From Candidatus Magasanikiibacteriota bacterium (lineage in GTDB: Bacteria > Patescibacteriota > Patescibacteriia > Magasanikbacterales > 2-02-FULL-50-9b), in assembly GCA_943349075.1 (NCBI GenBank), contig CALQYY010000002.1, forward strand, positions 1 through 42,993: DNA of 42,993 bases, given 5' to 3'. Position 1 is the stretch's first letter. Each line of letters starts with the position of its first letter. Positions 41,744 through 42,993 of this stretch are shown one piece after another. The position numbers were made by a program, and so were the translations under genes. Below the pieces are notes generated by a model. The model was not told where the DNA came from, ran no database searches, and saw only the letters and a program-made list of their open reading frames with translations.

Positions 41744-42484
41744 ATGAGCAAGAATTTTGTTGCCGAAACGCTTTCGTCGGCCCGCAAGCTTCGTTACGCT
41801 GGTCGCGGTCGCGGCAAGCTCTCACCGGTTCATCCGGCAATCGAGGACCTTTGCGTGCTCGTTGAGAACTTGGGGCGTAATCGTGCCCAGAAGCTGATCA
41901 AAGCCTGCGAAACTCAGGCGTCGATCCTCGCGGACATTGTTCCGCCCAGGGAGTATGACGAGTGGTACGGGTTCGTCGGAATCCGCAACAACCTCATCTA
42001 CCGATTCGCTAGAGCGTCTACTGTGGAGGTGGACGAGTTCGATTGGAGTGTCGAGAACATTCTTTACTTTCTCGGCTGTGACCGAGAGCTTGTCGAGGAA
42101 ACTCTCGACAATCAAGATGCCCCGAAACCTTGGCATGTCTGGATGAGCTCGCTCGGTCGGAGCCGCTCATCAGTGCGCCCATGGCGACAGAAGGGCGTCA
42201 ACAACAAAGACGCTGATGACTCCGCATGGTTTCTTGATGCGGAAGTTGTCATTGCAAATCTCGCAGCAACGAGGGAAAGTGGTGAACTGTCGGGACACAC
42301 CACGCTCAGAGTCGTCCGTTATACAGATTTCGGACAAAACTGGGAGATCCTCCATGAGGAGAAAAAATACATGTGGTCGGATTATGGTGAAAAACCCGTT
42401 TCGACCGAACTTCCCATGACCGACTATGGGCAGGCGTGGGTTGACTGGATCGGCCGAAAGACAGATGTCATGCCGAGAGTCTAG
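41744..42484 (+). CDS. Hypothetical 246-aa cytoplasmic protein, GC-rich, no family recognised
   Basis: It is a long intact ORF behind a consensus promoter, with an AAGGGA SD 4 nt upstream. It is Trp/Arg/Asp/Glu-rich and has no signal peptide or TM helix. Confidence 0.6.
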   Translation: MSKNFVAETLSSARKLRYAGRGRGKLSPVHPAIEDLCVLVENLGRNRAQKLIKACETQASILADIVPPREYDEWYGFVGIRNNLIYRFARASTVEVDEFDWSVENILYFLGCDRELVEETLDNQDAPKPWHVWMSSLGRSRSSVRPWRQKGVNNKDADDSAWFLDAEVVIANLAATRESGELSGHTTLRVVRYTDFGQNWEILHEEKKYMWSDYGEKPVSTELPMTDYGQAWVDWIGRKTDVMPRV

Positions 42485-42646
42485 AACGTCGGCCCCACCG
42501 CTCCACCCACAAAATACCCTATCCTTTGATCGCAGACATTCGCGATTGGGAGACGGGTTTTTTTATTTTACAACTGTTTTCAAAAATACAACCTCAGGAT
42601 TGACAAAATCCTGAATTTGCTGTAGGTTTGCACAACGGAGGTCCTC

Positions 42647-42993
42647 ATGAATAGCGGAGTTTTGTTTGTTGTCGGGCGAGAAATTGGTACCAATATAGAG
42701 CTTGAAACCAATGTTGCCAGTATCTGGGGCACGGAAACGGAAAAGCGCTGTTTAAAAGCGCTGAAGGAGTGGAAAGAGGGCGAATATGAATGGCTCCTCG
42801 TTACTGCGCTCGAGTACGAGCCTGGCGGTGGGTCGTCTGTGTCGGCGAGCGCATCGATGGCTGAGTGGTTCGTTAGGTATGGCGTCCGCCGCGATCACAT
42901 CATCGTAGAGAGTTGCGCACGCGATATCTATGACAATGTCCAATTGGGCTACGCGGCTTTGCGAAAGCGGGGTTTGCACGACATGCCGCTCAC
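42647..42993 (+). CDS. DUF218 (YdcF/SanA/ElyC-like) domain protein, 3'-truncated by the window edge
   Basis: This is not in the ORF track because no stop falls within the window. GGAGG (42637-42641) lies 5 nt before ATG 42647. Translation reads MNSGVLFVVGREIGT…EWLLVTALEYEPGGGSSVSASASMAEWFVRYGVRRDHIIVESCARDIYDNVQLGYAALRKRG…, which looks DUF218-like from memory. Confidence 0.5.
   Translation, partial: MNSGVLFVVGREIGTNIELETNVASIWGTETEKRCLKALKEWKEGEYEWLLVTALEYEPGGGSSVSASASMAEWFVRYGVRRDHIIVESCARDIYDNVQLGYAALRKRGLHDMPL

Noticed and set aside
42752-42979. 75-aa minus-strand ORF at the window's 3' end
   Set aside because: The plus strand has an SD-preceded ATG (42647) and an open frame to the window edge with DUF218-like sequence. 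The minus-strand ORF lacks signals.

Overview
This 43-kb window is densely coding and mostly on the plus strand. It comes from a compact bacterial genome of roughly mid-40s % G+C, read with the standard code (TGA is used as a stop). The style suggests a reduced monoderm such as a Patescibacteria/CPR lineage, but that is inference only. The supporting traits are many ATGA start/stop overlaps, near-leaderless starts, a trimmed ATP-synthase delta subunit, a minimal NifS-NifU Fe-S operon, and arrays of O-antigen-ligase-like/TPR proteins.

The window has three blocks.

(1) 1-24.1 kb is a cell-envelope/glycan island.
- It opens with a 5'-truncated, Cys-free, modular surface protein and a GC-rich lipoprotein with cysteine repeats.
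- Four paralogous Wzy_C+TPR membrane proteins follow.
- The sugar-handling genes are three GT4 and one GT2 glycosyltransferase (the GT2 with a DUF2304 partner), a WbaP-type initiating phosphoglycosyltransferase, a truncated UDP-glucose-dehydrogenase-like gene and a UDP-glucuronate decarboxylase.
- It also holds a TPR protein with an S8 protease, and a membrane DsbA.

(2) 24.1-28.2 kb is an Fe-S module: an FNR-like reductase, a Cys-rich ORFan, Rrf2, NifS, a NifU-like scaffold and a 3-Cys ferredoxin.

(3) 28.2-43 kb is housekeeping.
- It carries rsmI, metG, cvpA, tatD and an atp operon (Z/I-B-E-F-H-A-G / D-C), then a pseudouridine synthase, an ORFan with a structured leader, and a partial DUF218-like gene.
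- The atp operon is split by an antisense GC-rich lipoprotein cassette.

Several near-consensus sigma70-type promoters and intrinsic terminators can be read directly.

I saw no rRNA, tRNA, CRISPR array, transposase/integrase or recognisable defence gene.

The best candidates for new biology are:
- the Wzy_C-TPR array next to the surface protein, possibly a protein O-glycosylation system;
- the scattered autonomous GC-rich cassettes;
- an unclassified structured RNA at about 22.8-23.0 kb.

All functional calls rest on motif recognition by eye. No database search was run.
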